Assembly: GCA_964016885.1 (NCBI GenBank)
Contig: OZ024741.1
Coordinates: forward strand, 380,060,001-380,124,000
DNA from: Eledone cirrhosa
Lineage: Eukaryota
Length of the DNA: 64,000 nucleotides
Direction of reading: 5' to 3'
Part shown: piece after piece, positions 1-12,805 of the stretch
Numbering within the stretch: the stretch's first letter is position 1
Layout: each line of letters starts with the position of its first letter
Notes under the pieces: generated by a model
What the model saw: the letters and a program-made list of their open reading frames with translations, nothing else
The model's database searches: none
What the model was told of the DNA's origin: nothing
Translations under genes and position numbers: made by a program

Positions 1-36
1 AAAGTAAGAGAAGATTGGGTCGGCACCTCCATTGAG

Positions 37-1121
37 ATGCTAATCCAAACCAACCAGGTGTGCATCGAAGCTATCCCGGATGTGATAGACTTCGATAACG
101 GCATTCAACTGACCATAAATGTTGAGGGCAAACGCCCGAAATGCTTTCGCTGTGGATCGAAGACTCACCCCAGGGCCTTCTGCAACGAGAAGACCCTGAG
201 AAAGGAGAAAACCCCCCTCCTTCCGAAACCGGCTCCACGGCTACCAGCAACAGGACAAGCGGCAACCAGGAACGATAGGTCCGTGGCACCCATACCCACG
301 CCACGGAAATCAAAAACAGCAGCAGCAGTGGAAATATTAACAACAACAACAGCAATACCAAATGCAGCTGCAACAGAGACTCCAGTGCAAACATCACCAA
401 CAACAACAAGTGAAAGAGTGGAGCTGGTACCCCTCCTCGACTCACAGAATCAGACATGGAGTGTGAGGTGGGAGAGTGATGGCAAAAGGTCGTAAGAAGG
501 CACAAACGCAGAGGCAGCGCATCGTCGCCTTTGAAAAGGGAGGAAAGAAATGAGAAAAGGGTAAAGTCTACTGCAAAGAGACTCACAGCAGCAACACCAC
601 CAATACCATCACCACCCACACTAGCACCACCATCATCACCGGCGACAACCCCAGCGCCAACAACACATTCAACACCACCACCACAAGCACCAACATCGCA
701 AACACAACAACAAAACACACACACCCAGCAACAACGACAAGAAAATAGCAGAACCACACCCCACCCCCAGAAAAACAAATGCACGGCAATAAATACACAC
801 AACAAGAAACTAATGACTTACATAATTGAACACACAGACATTTCCCAACACGACTACATAATACCAGCACCAATCAAAACGCCAACTAACATAAGACTGC
901 TAAAAATAGCACAGAAACAATACACAAACATTAAAACGAAATTCCCCAACGCTCTTGGTGATTTCAGGGACCTAGGAGGAACTATCAATCGAAGAGTATG
1001 TTCGGACATACTTATAGAAGAGCCGACAACCAGCCGAAGGGACGATTCAACGGTCCCTTCACCAGACGATCAAGTTAAAAGGGATGTAAAAACCATCCCT
1101 CCTCTCCGAAAAGTACGGTAA
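37..1121 (+). pseudogene. Tx1 ORF1 (gag-like) remnant, frameshifted
   Basis: CFRCGSKTHPRAFC (CX2CX4HX4C) followed by a Thr/Pro-rich tail; split over ORFs 37-495 and 531-1121. Confidence 0.75.
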
Positions 1122-1156
1122 GTGGTCTTTCCCATCGTTTCCACTCTATTTTAAAC

Positions 1157-4100
1157 ATGACCTCACTCAGAATAGGCAGCATAAATGCGCGTGGCTTGGG
1201 GTCGTAATGGAAGCAGGGTCATCTGCAAAACGACCTCAGGTCACTAAACATAGATGTAGTGGCCATCAGCGAGACCAGAATCTCCGAAGCACGGGCCTTC
1301 GAACCGATCTACGGCGGCTACGATGTGTACGCATCTCCCAGCCGTCCTGGATCGGGGGGAGGAGTTGCTGTGCTTTTTCGGAGAGGTTTGGATCTCGCCA
1401 TACGGGCCATCTTCCTGGACCCAGAACGTAAGCTGGTGGTGCTGGACGTGACCAGCGGAGACGGGAAAGCTTTCAGGCTAGTGGCCGTCTATGCCCCGAC
1501 AGGAGCAGGGCGGTATGATTTCTTCCGGCGTCTGGAGACCTTTCTTGGAACGTCCCGCTCTTTAGTGTTAGTGGGCGACTGGAACGGGATCTTAGATGCA
1601 CGCTGGGACTGTGTGGGATTAGCGTATAGGGGTGGAGGGTGCAAGAGCCTCACCAACCTGCTCAGGCGTTGTGAACTGTCTGATAGGTACCGATTGGATT
1701 TCCCGAATGTGCCAATGTGGACTTGGACAAATTGCATAGGATCATCCAGATCATATCTAGATAGAGTATTTTGTAGGGAAATAAATAGGTCTAGCATAAG
1801 CTGTCCACAATTCAAGATAGTCAGCTACACGGGCCACAAATTCGTGATCGGTGTGCTTGACTTAGATAGGCTTCATAGACGAGGACCCGGCTACTGGAAG
1901 CTAAACGCGTCCTTACCAGCGCGCAAGGCCTACAGAGACCGTATTAGCGAACTAGTTAAGCGGGCGTTGACGGGGGCCATCAACAATAGAGAAAAATAGA
2001 GCAGAGGGAGAACTAGTTAGGAAATTAGACGAGGCGCTTAGCAAAGGCATTGCGACCGACGTGCTTGCGGCGAAATTGGCCCATGACCAATTCTTCAATG
2101 CAAAGCACGAAGGCTGAGTTGTCAGAGCAAGGGTGCGTGCCCTCAGACACGAGGGGACGAAAGCCGTTCATTGGGCCCGAGTGGCGGAGGCGCGTCGTGG
2201 CAACAAATCCACGATCCGGTCTTTGGTGGACCACGACGGGCGCATGCTACTCGATGCCGGGCAAATGTGTGAAGCTTTTCAGCGACACTTCGCTCAGCTG
2301 TTCGGGTGCAGCGGTGGGCGGGGTCGAGGGATGGACTTTAGTATCTACCTCGACGGACTGCCGCGGCTCTCGATCGCTGAGGCGAAGTGTTGCGAAAAGC
2401 CGATAACAGCCGCTGAAGTAAGGGAGGCAATGACTGGCTGCACAAGGGGTAAATTGCCTGGTTTGGATGGTCTGCCCTATGAATTTACGTACAGATGCCA
2501 GACTTGTTCGGAGACCTCTTGGCGGACGTCCACTGCAACTGGCAACAGAATGCGAGAATTCCCAGTTCCGTGAGCCGAGGAGTGGTGGCACTGCTGAGAA
2601 AGGATCCGAACAAGGGGGATAACATAGATAATTTCCGGCCCATAACTCTGCTAAACACAGAGTTCAAGATTTTGGCCAAGGTGCGAGCAAAGAGGTTGGC
2701 GCTTGTCGTTGGTGGTCTGGTGAGAGAGGCGCAGACATGCGCCATTCCCGACATTTCCCGACCATCGTTACCTAGCGGCAGTCTTGAGGGCGGCTGGCTT
2801 TGGGCCCGTCTTCAGAGGCTGGATCGCTGCCATGCACAGCGACATCTGCTCTGTGGTGAGAGTGAACGGTCACCTGTCGGAACCGTTCAACATCATGCGC
2901 TCGGTCTGCCAAGGATGTCCCCTCTCGTCCCTCTTGTACGTATTGACTCTCGAGCCATTACTGCACAAACTGGAGACGTTGAGGGGCATCCCGCGCGAAC
3001 TAGGATGCGGAAGATCCGAGTCAGCAAATGCGGACGATGTCACCGTAGTGGTGTCGAACGCCAAACACATCGAGGCGATCGGCACTACACTAAGAGAATA
3101 CGAAGCGGTGACAGACGCAATGATCAACCAGGAAAAGTCAGTGGGCCTGCAGCTCGGCACCTGGAGAGGCAGGTCCATTCCGTCCATCAGCGTCGTCGGA
3201 CGCTGGTCGGACGGACCGGTTAAATTGCTAGGGGTCTGGTTCTGTCCGGACCTCCAGACGGACAAAAACTGGGACGAGGTGACGAGAAGGATGGCTTCTC
3301 TCACCCAGAAATGGGCCGAGAGGAAGCTATCCCTGAAAGGTCGAGCGGAGGTGGCTAACGCGTACATCGCGTCTGTCATCTGCTACTGCCTCACCGTCGT
3401 ACCTTGTCCTAAGCCTCGCCTGACTACGCTGGAGCGTTTGTTCTTTCGCTTTTTGGGGAAGGGACGCGCTCCGATGGTCAGGCGGTCCATCTGTTGTCAA
3501 CACCCGCTACGTGGAGGGCTGGGCATGCCGTGGCTGATGATGCGCAGGCACGCGCTCAGGCTACGACATCTCCACCTCTTCCTCGACGGTGATCAGTTGT
3601 GGTCGCCGTTTGGTAGACACGTATTTCCCCAGCTCGTTTCCTTGACGGAGCTGCAGTCCTGGGTCAAGCGAAGACCGAGAGGGAGCGCCTGGAGACTGGA
3701 ATGTCTTCAGGCGCTCACAGCCCTCGACCAATCGGGCAATGTGATCGGTGGAAACTCCACCTCGGCGTTCTATAGAGGATTAGTGGAGGGGAAGAGTGAC
3801 GACGTACTTGGGGAAATTCTAGGCGTCGACGAAAATCAACTAGCCAATCTCTTCGGAAGAACTTTCAGGCCGGGGCCTATGGACAACTTTCAGAAATCTC
3901 TGGCCTGGCAGTGCTACCGAGGAGCCTTGCCAGTTCGGGATAAACTCTACAGGCATGGAGGTGCCGTCAGCCGGGCATGTCCGAGATGCGCGCAGTGCGA
4001 CGAAACCGTCCTGCACGCACTCGTCCAGTGTCCGAAAATTGCTGACTTGGGGGTTTATGTCGAACACCTGCTGTCGCGTTTAGGACGGATCCGGCTATCA

Positions 4101-4367
4101 TCTGAGTCCATCGTGAGGATTGCCCCGCCCTCTTCCTTTAGCCGGGAAGGGCAGGCGAAAGAGATAGTATGGTGGACACGTTTGAAAGGGCTGAAGACGA
4201 GCACTTACCTCTTCGGTGATGCTCTGATTGACTTTTTCAAATTTCTTTTGAAAAGGAAAATCAGAGTAGAGAGGGAAGTGCTCTCTTCCCAGCATTTTGT
4301 TGAAAGATGGGTGAGAGAAGCAAGAATGGCCCGAGTGAATGGGCCTACTCTGAGTATATATCTGTAA
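1157..4367 (+). pseudogene. Tx1 ORF2: AP endonuclease, reverse transcriptase and Zn finger, with stops and frameshifts
   Basis: MTSLRIGSINARGL start; AISET, GDWN, SYLDRVF, GPGYWKLN; FRPITLLNTEFKILAK; QGCPLS; ADD; CPRC..ETVLHALVQC. Confidence 0.92.
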
Positions 4368-4622
4368 ATTAAAGGTGAAAAACTGGGAGAGGGCACTTGC
4401 CTTGGTGGTCAGGGTCATTGTGGCCTTTTACTGGGCTTTCTCCACAAATGTCCCTCGGAAGTCTCCCCCCTATTGGGGAATTTTTCCATTGTTATTTTTC
4501 TGTTACATCCTCTGTTTTTGTTTTTTTACACGCAGAAATGCCCATTTGTACCGTACTGTATTGTCCTGCACTGTCCTTAATGTCTACTTTATGTAAACCC
4601 TTGTGGTTAATAAAGAAATCAT

Positions 4623-4625
4623 TAA

Positions 4626-4669
<44 letters not shown>
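4623..4669. repeat. (TTA)n microsatellite shared as 3' flank by Tx1 copy 1 (+) and an R4/Dong fragment (-)
   Basis: Direct reading. Confidence 0.95.
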
Positions 4670-4670
<1 letters not shown>

Positions 4671-5813
4671 AGTTGCATTTATCTTGCTTTATGTTCATAC
4701 GAGTTATCACCAAGTCACAACCAGTGACCTCAAGAGACAACAAGGTCCGCCATGTTCAAGAAAGAACATACATATTCACACATGCATCTTTAGTGTTTAG
4801 ACTTGTGATGTACTTATATTGACAGAATCTTCCTTAGTATATGGGCAGTTCCCATTAGTACTTTCTTTTGTATTTCTCCTATACGCGGGTTTCCTGGGAT
4901 TTGCGATAAGTAATCATTAGCCCCCTTAGGTATCATTCCCAGAGCGCCTACACCACTGGTATTGTTTTAGTTCTCTATGTCCACATTTTTCCAATTTCTA
5001 TCTCCAGGTCCTTATACTTGCTCAATTTTTCAAATGTTTTTATAGATACATTCTTGTCTATTGGAACAGTCATATCAATTAGCAGGCATACCCTCTTTTG
5101 AAAGTCTTTCAATATTATATCAGGTTTGTTTGCATCTATTTTTCGGTCTGTTTGGATGCTAAAGTTCCACAAGATTGAGATGTGATCTTTTTCAAGTATG
5201 GCAGGTGGTTGATGCTCCCACCAATTCTTTTGATGGGGCAGGTCAAAATGCTTACACATTATCCAATGTATGTATTGTGCAGCTCTGTCATGCCTGTTTA
5301 GGTATTCGGTTGGAGCTATAGGACTGCACATTGAAATTATATGGTCAATGGTCTCTGGTTATTTTTTGCATACACTGCATAATGGGCTGCACCCATTTTT
5401 CATTATGTTTGCTTGGTAATTTTTTGTTGGCAGACACTGATCTTGTGCCGATATAATCAGTCCTTCAGTCTCCGATTTCAGTCCAGAGGATGCCAACCAC
5501 TGATGGGTTAAAGTTTTGTCAACATCAGGATTGTTAGCTCGCTCTGGGTATTTTCCATACAGAGGCTTTTCTTGCCATTTCTTAGCCAGTTTCTGTAGCA
5601 GTTCTTTCTTTGCAGTTACTTTTACCTGCTTTGTTTTTTCTGTGTTTTCCATTTCAGCAGTAAATGGGACTTCTGAAATTTGTAGTCCATTACTGTATCT
5701 TTGTGCATCTTTTGTAATGGAATATGATCTTTTGATGCTTTCGTGTTTCAAAACGAGTTTGATCATCCAATCATGTGATTCCCTTAGATATGTAGATAAT
5801 ACAATTGTTGCAG

Positions 5814-5815
<2 letters not shown>
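4670..5815 (-). mobile_element. 5'-truncated R4/Dong-type non-LTR element, family B (CCHC and restriction-like endonuclease), degenerate
   Basis: ETEGLIISAQDQ, CSVC..H..C, RHD, KPDIIL..LIDM..K..KYKDL, ending GTAHILRKILSI* (stop at about 4814-4816). The sense-strand 3' end runs into (TAA)n. Confidence 0.85.
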
Positions 5816-5880
<65 letters not shown>

Positions 5881-5889
5881 GTTGTTATT
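5816..5889. repeat. (TTA)n microsatellite, tail of an R4/Dong copy
   Basis: Direct reading. Confidence 0.95.
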
Positions 5890-8080
5890 CCTTGAATCTC
5901 AGTCATTGATGTTGGTTAACTGGAAATTCCGTTGGATTGAATATCAAGCCACTACCTGCAGCCTCAGATATTCAGGACGTATCGGAGGGTTCTTGCTGTT
6001 CCAAGCAAGCATGCCTTTTGAAGCGTTCCAAAAAGCGTGAAGGGGCCGATTTTCTTTAACCATCCCTGGAAACTTTTGGAGATAGTCCCCAGTGCGCCTA
6101 TGACAATCGGGATCACTTTGACTTCATGGCAGTTCCAAATCCTTTTCACCTCCCACTTTAGGTCCTGGTATCGGTTAATTTTCTCCCTCTCCTTCTCTTG
6201 CACTCTCGTGTCGAACGGGCAGGCCACATCCACAATCAGACACGATCTTTTTTCTTTGTCCACAACCACCAGGTTAGGTCTATTGTGTTCCAGTTTTTTG
6301 TCCGTCTGTATCCTAAAATCCCACAGCACCTTCACCTGATTGTTCTCCATCACCGCCTCTGGCCTAAGCTCATACCATTTCTCAGAATATGGTAGATTGT
6401 TTACTTTGCACAGGTGCCAGTGGATCACCCTGCCCATCACATCGTGTCTCCAGCCCTTATAGTGGGTCTGGGCTAGGTGTTTACACTCGGACACAATGTG
6501 AGCCACAGTCTCCTCTCTCTCTCCACAGATCCTGCACAGTGGGCTAGCCTCCTCCTTGTAGATATGGTGCTTCAACCACTTCGTTTTGAGGGCCTGCTCC
6601 TGCGCAGCCATTAGCATTCCTTCTGTAGCCTTTTTGAGGTCTCCTCTTCTCAACCAGTTCCATGTCTGTGGATCTCTAAATTCAGTTTTCTCAAAGAAGG
6701 TACTATGAAGGGATTGTCCCTTAAGGCTGCTCTTCCTCCTTGATGTTATTTCCTCCTTGGACATCCCCTGGCCTACTGTCCCCTCCTTCAGTACAGTTCT
6801 GAGCATTGGCTCCTTACTATAGGTCACGTATTTGTATAGGTTGTTTTTCTCCATCTGAACACAGTCCTCTATGCTGATAAGACCTCTTCCACCCTCAGAT
6901 CTCCTTAGGTAGAGTCTATCGACATCACTCCTCTTGTGGAACATGTTGTAGATAGTCAATAGCTTCCTAGTCTTCCTATCCATTTCTTTTTGTTCAGCAA
7001 CATTCCATCTCAGAATTCCCGCACTGTACCTAATAATAGACACAGCTCGGGAATTTACTGCGCTTATGGCATTTCTGCTGTTCAGATGTGACTTCAATAC
7101 GCTCCTTACTCGCCGAATGTATTCAGTTCTTAACAATTCCTTCATTTTTTTGTTCTTTATGCCATCAGCCTCCAAAACACCCAAATACTTGTATCCTTCC
7201 TCAGAGTCAATTTCCTTTATCATCTCACCTGTTGGTATCTGGATCCCGTTACTTCTGCTCAACTTACCCCTCTTCATCACAATGACTCCACATTTACCAA
7301 TACCAAACTGCATACATATATCACTGCTGAAAATACGGACAGTGTCAACAAGCACATCCAACTCCTTCTCACTTTTCCCGAAGAGCTTAAGATCGTCCAT
7401 GAAGAGGAGGTGATTGATGGTAAGCTCTCCCCTTCCCAACTTGTATCCTGCTCTCACTTTTCGCAGCATAATGGTCAAGGGCATCAGGGCAAGGACAAAC
7501 AACAGAGGGGACAGGCTATCTCCCTGGAAGATACCTCTCTTGATCTTCACGCTTCCCAAGGATACTCCAGTTGATGTCAACTCTGTCTCCCAGGACCCCA
7601 TACTCCTGCCTAGCAACTGTCTGATGTTATCTGCCACCCTGAAGATCTCCAGGCTTTTGGTGATCCAGGAATGAGGCACCATGTCAAATGCCTTTCTGTA
7701 GTCTATCCATCCCATGGCAAGATCAGTGTGTCTCCTCCTGCAATTCCCCATTACCATCTTATCAATAAGTAACTGGTCATTTGTACCACGTGACTTCTTT
7801 CGGCATCCTTTCTGTTCGTCCGGTAACAAGTTGTTTGTGTGGAGGTGATGGTAGATTTCCTCAGACACAATGCTCGTCAACAGTTTCCACATTACTGACA
7901 GACATGTGATAGGTCTATAGTCGGTAACATCATTACCCTTGATTCGGTCTTTCATTATCAGAACTGTGGTACCTTTTGTCAACCACTCTGGCACCTCACC
8001 CGACACCAAGCAGTCATTGAACATGGCCGTCAGCTTCGGGTGGAGGGATGTTAAATGTTTAATCCAATACCCCTGCACAC
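5890..8080 (-). mobile_element. 5'-truncated R4/Dong-type element, family A (open RT-CCHC-REL frame 5964-~8078)
   Basis: YRPITCL, QGDSLSP, LFMDD, CRIC..H..C, RHD; REL motif mutated PD to PN. Nearly identical to 8119-10308. Confidence 0.92.
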
Positions 8081-8081
8081 A

Positions 8082-8118
8082 TATTATTATTATTATTATA
8101 ATTATTGTTATTGTTATT
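8082..8118. repeat. (TTA)n spacer between tandem R4/Dong copies
   Basis: Direct reading. Confidence 0.95.
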
Positions 8119-8192
8119 CCTTGAATCTCAGTCATTGATGTTGGTTAACTGGAAAGTCCGTTGGATTGAATATCAAGCCACTACCTGCAGCC

Positions 8193-11100
8193 TCAGATAT
8201 TCAGGACGTATCGGAGGGTTCTTGCCGTTCCAAGCAAGCATGCCTTTTGAAGCGTTCCAAAAAGCGTGAAGGGGCCGATTTTCTTTAACCATCCCTGGAA
8301 ACCTTTGGAGATAGTCCCCAGTGCGCCTATGACAATCGGGATCACTTTGACTTCATGGCAGTTCCAAATCCTTTTCACCTCCCACTTTAGGTCCTGGTAT
8401 CGGTTAATTCTCTCCCTCTCCTTCTCTTGCACTCTCGTGTCGAGCGGGCAGGCCACATCCACAATCAGGCACGATCTTTTTTCTTTGTCCACAACCACCA
8501 GGTCAGGTCTATTGTGTTCCAGTTTTTTGTCCGTCTGTATCCTAAAATCCCACAGCACCTTCACCTGACTGTTCTCCATCACCGCCTCTGGCCTATGCTC
8601 ATACCATTTCTCAGAATGTGGTAGATTGTTTACTTTGCACAGGTGCCAGTGGATCACCCTGCCCATCACATCGTGTCTCCAGCCCTTATAGTGGGTCTGG
8701 GCTAGGTGTTTACACTCGGACACAATGTGAGCCACAGTCTCCTCTCTCTCTCCACAGATCCTGCACAGTGGGCTAGCCTCCTCCTTGTAGATATGGTGCT
8801 TCAACCACTTCGTTTTGAGGGCCTGCTCCTGCGCAGCCATTAGCATTCCTTCTGTAGCCTTGTTGAGGTCTCCTCTTCTCAACCAGTTCCATGTCTGTGG
8901 ATCTCTAAATTCAGTTTTCTCAAAGAAGGTACTATGAAGGGATTTTCCCTTAAGGCTGCTCTTCCTCCTTGATGTTATTTCCTCCTTGGGTATCCCCTGG
9001 CCTACTGTCCCCTCCTTCAGTACAGCTCTGAGCATTGGCTCCTTACTATAGGTCACGTATTTGTATAGGTTGTTTTTCTCCATCTGAACACAGTCCTCTA
9101 TGCTGATAAGACCTCTTCCACCCTCAGATCTCCTTAGGTAGAGTCTATCGACATCACTCCTCTTGTGGAACATGTTGTAGATAGTCAATAGCTTCCTAGT
9201 CTTCCTATCCATTTCTTTTTGTTCAGCAACATTCCATCTCAGAATTCCCGCACTGTACCTAATAATAGACACAGCTCAGGAATTTACTGCGCTTATGGCA
9301 TTTCTGCTGTTCAGATGTGACTTCAATACGCTCCTTACTCTCCGAATGTATTCAGTTCTTAACAATTCCTTCATTTTTTTGTTCTTTATGCCATCAGCCT
9401 CCAGAACGCCCAAATACTTGTATCCTTCCTCAGAGTCAATTTCCTTTATCATCTCACCTGTTGGTATCTGGATCCCGTTACTTCTGCTCAACCTACCCCT
9501 CCTCATCCCAATGACTCCACATTTACCAATACCAAACTGCATACATATATCACTGCTGAAAATACGGACAGCGTCAACAAGCACATCCAACTCCTTCTCA
9601 CTTTTCCCGAAGAGCTTAAGATCGTCCATGAAGAGGAGGTGATTGATGGTAAGCTCTCCCCTTCCCAACTTGTATCCTGCTCTCACTTTTCGCAGCATAA
9701 TGGTCAAGGGCATCAGGGCAAGGACAAACAACAGAGGGGACAGGCTATCTCCCTGGAAGATACCTCTCTTGATCTTCACGCTTCCAAGGATACTCCAGTT
9801 GATGTCAACTCTGTCTCCCAGGACCCCATACTCCTGCCCAGCAACTGTCTGATGTTATCTGCCACCCTGAAGATCTCCAGGCTTTTGGTGATCCAGGAAT
9901 GAGGCACCATGTCAAATGCTTTTCTGTAGTCTATCCATCCCATGGCAAGATCAGTGTGTCTCCTCCTGCAATTCCCCATTACCATCTTATCAATAAGCAA
10001 CTGGTCCTTTGTACCACGTGACTTCTTTCGGCATCCTTTCTGTTCGTCCGGCAACAAGTTGTTTGTGTGGAGGTGATGGTAGATTTCCTCAGACACAATG
10101 CTCGTCAACAGTTTCCACATTACGGGCAGACATGTGATAGGTCTATAGTTGGTAACATCATTACCCTTGATTCGGTCTTTCATTATCAGAACTGTGGTAC
10201 CTTTTGTCGACCACTCTGGCACCTCACCCGACACCAAGCAGTCATTGAACATGGCCGTCAGCTTCGGGTGGAGGGATGTTAAATGTTTAATCCAATACCC
10301 CTGCACACCATCTGGGCCTGGTGATTTCCAGTTGGTTAGTTTTTTGGCTTGCCCCTTAAGAGTTTCAACTGTGATACTCAAATCAGTCTGTTGCTGTGCC
10401 TGCTCACCGATCTCCCTCTGTACTGTCTCAATCCACCCTGCCTGGGCATTGTGTCTAACATCCTGCTCCCATATAACTCTCCAGAATGTTTTAGCTTGTT
10501 CCGCCCCAGGGATCAAGTCGTTGCCTCTTTCTTTCCCCTCAAGCTGTCCAAACAGCATCTTCTGGTTGTTGTCGAACATGCGGTTCTGTTTATACTGACT
10601 GACTCTGTTCTCGTATCGCCTGATTTTGGCACTCTTTGCTACAATGCGTTGCTTCAATTCCTCTATGATAATATTTAGCTTTTTACTCCTAGTTTTGTAT
10701 TTTATTTCCAGTTTATTTTTAGTGCCTATGTTTTTTAGTGTCCCATTCAGCAGTGACTCAAGCTTTCCTATGTCATTTCTCATTTCCCCGATTTGCCCAC
10801 TCAGTCGCTTCTTCCACCACGGCTCTGCTCTTTCTTGTCTGTTGTTTCCTCTCGCTTTTATACCAAGTAGTTTCCTCACCGTATTTGCTGTTGCTTTGAG
10901 GATATTGTTGCACTGGTGAAGACTCCTCGCCTCAAGGTATGGGATGACTTTGTTTACCTTAGCTGTTGTTTCTTTTAACTTTTTCCTGTCTACAAATCTT
11001 AGGTTCATAGGTCTCCCACTATCATTGTTCAACTCATCTACCACTAAATTTAGGATGTCAACCGAATCTTGTCCTAGCCCGTCAGCATTCATCTCCTCAG

Positions 11101-11593
11101 TGGCCGTTTCTCTGTTCCAGGTATTATTTATCTCAGTATTCAGATCATTGTCTGCTTCGGGTGGTTCCTCCGTTCTCAGGACCTCCTCACCTTCATTTCC
11201 CGCCGGCTCGCTTGTCTGGCATACTACACCCGCCATCTCCAAGCCATTCTCTCTGCTCAGTTCCTCCAGTTCCAGCTCGCTTATCCACCCATTAGTTCTT
11301 ATTACCCGAGCCTGCCCGGCCAATTTTTGTTCATCTAATTTAAATAAACCAATCTCGTTCCAGATGTTATGCATCCGTCTCCTGTAGCCCCTCTCCTTGG
11401 GGTTACTTTTCAGGTAGCATTGCATAACAGTTCTATTCAATTCTTTCCTTCGTCCAGTTGGTTCTGGCCCCTTTCCTTCTTCTTCTTCCTCCAACATCAG
11501 CAGTATTTGGTTGACAGTCAGGTTCCTGCTGCTGAGCCAGGGGGCACCTGTTGGGTGAGCGTCTGTCACATGACGTTCTAGTCTCCATTTCAC
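8193..11593 (-). pseudogene. R4/Dong RT-REL polyprotein with a 1-bp frameshift (~9783) and a nonsense codon (~9276)
   Basis: ORFs 9776-11593, 9276-9779 and 8193-9272 are colinear. The lesions are visible against the downstream copy (cttccaagg vs cttcccaagg; TGA vs CGA). Confidence 0.9.
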
Positions 11594-12157
11594 CGTTATT
11601 CGAACTGTTTATGTTCGATATTTAAACACTCTTATCGAGGATTGGCGAATGTATACTTACATAGCCATCTGTGGATCCGCCATCCCACTTGGCCCTTGTG
11701 TGGCATTATCACCACGCTGTATACGGACACACATAAACAAACAAACACACGGGCAGAAAGGGCCCCAAAAATGAATAAGCATAAGTTTCATTGTAATGTA
11801 GTATTCGAATGTCTGACTTAGTTTTTGTTTTTTAAGTTTTACTTTTTCCCCCCTCTTCTCTGTCCGTCCGCCTGCTTCTCTCTTCATTCTTATTTTCTTT
11901 ACGTTTTTGGGGTTTCTTTTTTTGTTTTTGTTTTTCTCTGTTTTTCTCGTTTTTTACTGTTGTTGCTGTGCTGCTTTTGTTGTTTGTTTTTTCTTTTTTC
12001 TTTTGAGTCTATCTATATATTTTGATGCCTTCCTCTTTGTTAGTAGTAGGAATTCTATAATGTGGAAGTGGTAGCCAGCAGAGACTGGCGGCGTTGGCGA
12101 TACTGAGACAGTGGTGGTGGTGATGTCGATACCGAGGCAGTGGTGGCGGTGATGCGA

Positions 12158-12805
12158 CCGTATTACTGTAGTGATGGTGCTGTAGCGGTGGCAGCAGCAG
12201 TGAAGGAGTCAGGGGGTGGTGGCGGCGGTGATGGGATAGTGGTGGTAATGATGGCCGTAGTGAGCGGTGGTGGTGAAGGTGAAAATGCTGTTGTGTTTAG
12301 TGTACACAGATGATGGGGTGGGTGGTGTATCTAGTTTCTGGTGTTGGTGAGTTTCGCTGTCCTATATAGTGTAGCCAGAGGAGAGGAGGGGGGGGGGGGT
12401 TCTTCTTCTTCCATTTATAGCCATTTTATTTTTTTTTTGGATATACAGTGTACAATACAAAGTTGAATATTTGAATATTTGAGCCGTATTACTGTAGTGA
12501 TGGTGCTGTAGCGGTGGCAGCAGCAGTGAAGGAGTCAAGGGGTGGTGGCGGCGGTGATGGGATAGTGGTGGTAATGATGGCCGTAGTGAGCGGTGGCGGT
12601 GAAGGTGAAAATGCTGTTGTGTTCAGTGTACACAGATGATGGGGTGGGTGGTGTATCTAGTTTCTGGTGTTGGTGAGTTTAGCTGTCCTATATAGTGTAG
12701 CCAGAGGAGAGAAGGGGGGGGGGGGTTCTTCTTCTTCCATTTATAGCCATTTTTGGGGGGATATACAGTGTACAATACAAAGTTGAATATTTGAATATTT
12801 GAGCC
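12158..12805. repeat. ~325-bp direct tandem duplication in the R4/Dong 5' leader
   Basis: ccgtattactgtagtgatgg...gaatatttgagcc occurs at ~12158-12485 and ~12484-12805. Confidence 0.9.

Larger units (their letters stand above)
1..4622 (+). mobile_element. Tx1/L1-clade non-LTR retrotransposon copy 1 (5' end outside window), degenerate
   Basis: ORF1 remnant with a CCHC knuckle, ORF2 with APE, RT and a C-terminal Zn motif, and a 3' UTR with AATAAA running into (ATT)n. ORF2 and 3' UTR are closely similar to the inverted copy at 24726-29748. Confidence 0.9.

Noticed and set aside
71-873. Hydrophobic antisense ORFs over Tx1 ORF1 (also 28102-28658 and 43224-43790)
   Set aside because: Reverse-complement shadows of CA-rich low-complexity ORF1 sequence.
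8079-8135. N-terminus MTEIQGITITIIIII of the 723-aa ORF 5964-8135
   Set aside because: Chance read-through from the upstream copy's 3' UTR and TAA tract into a 5'-truncated copy; not a real start.
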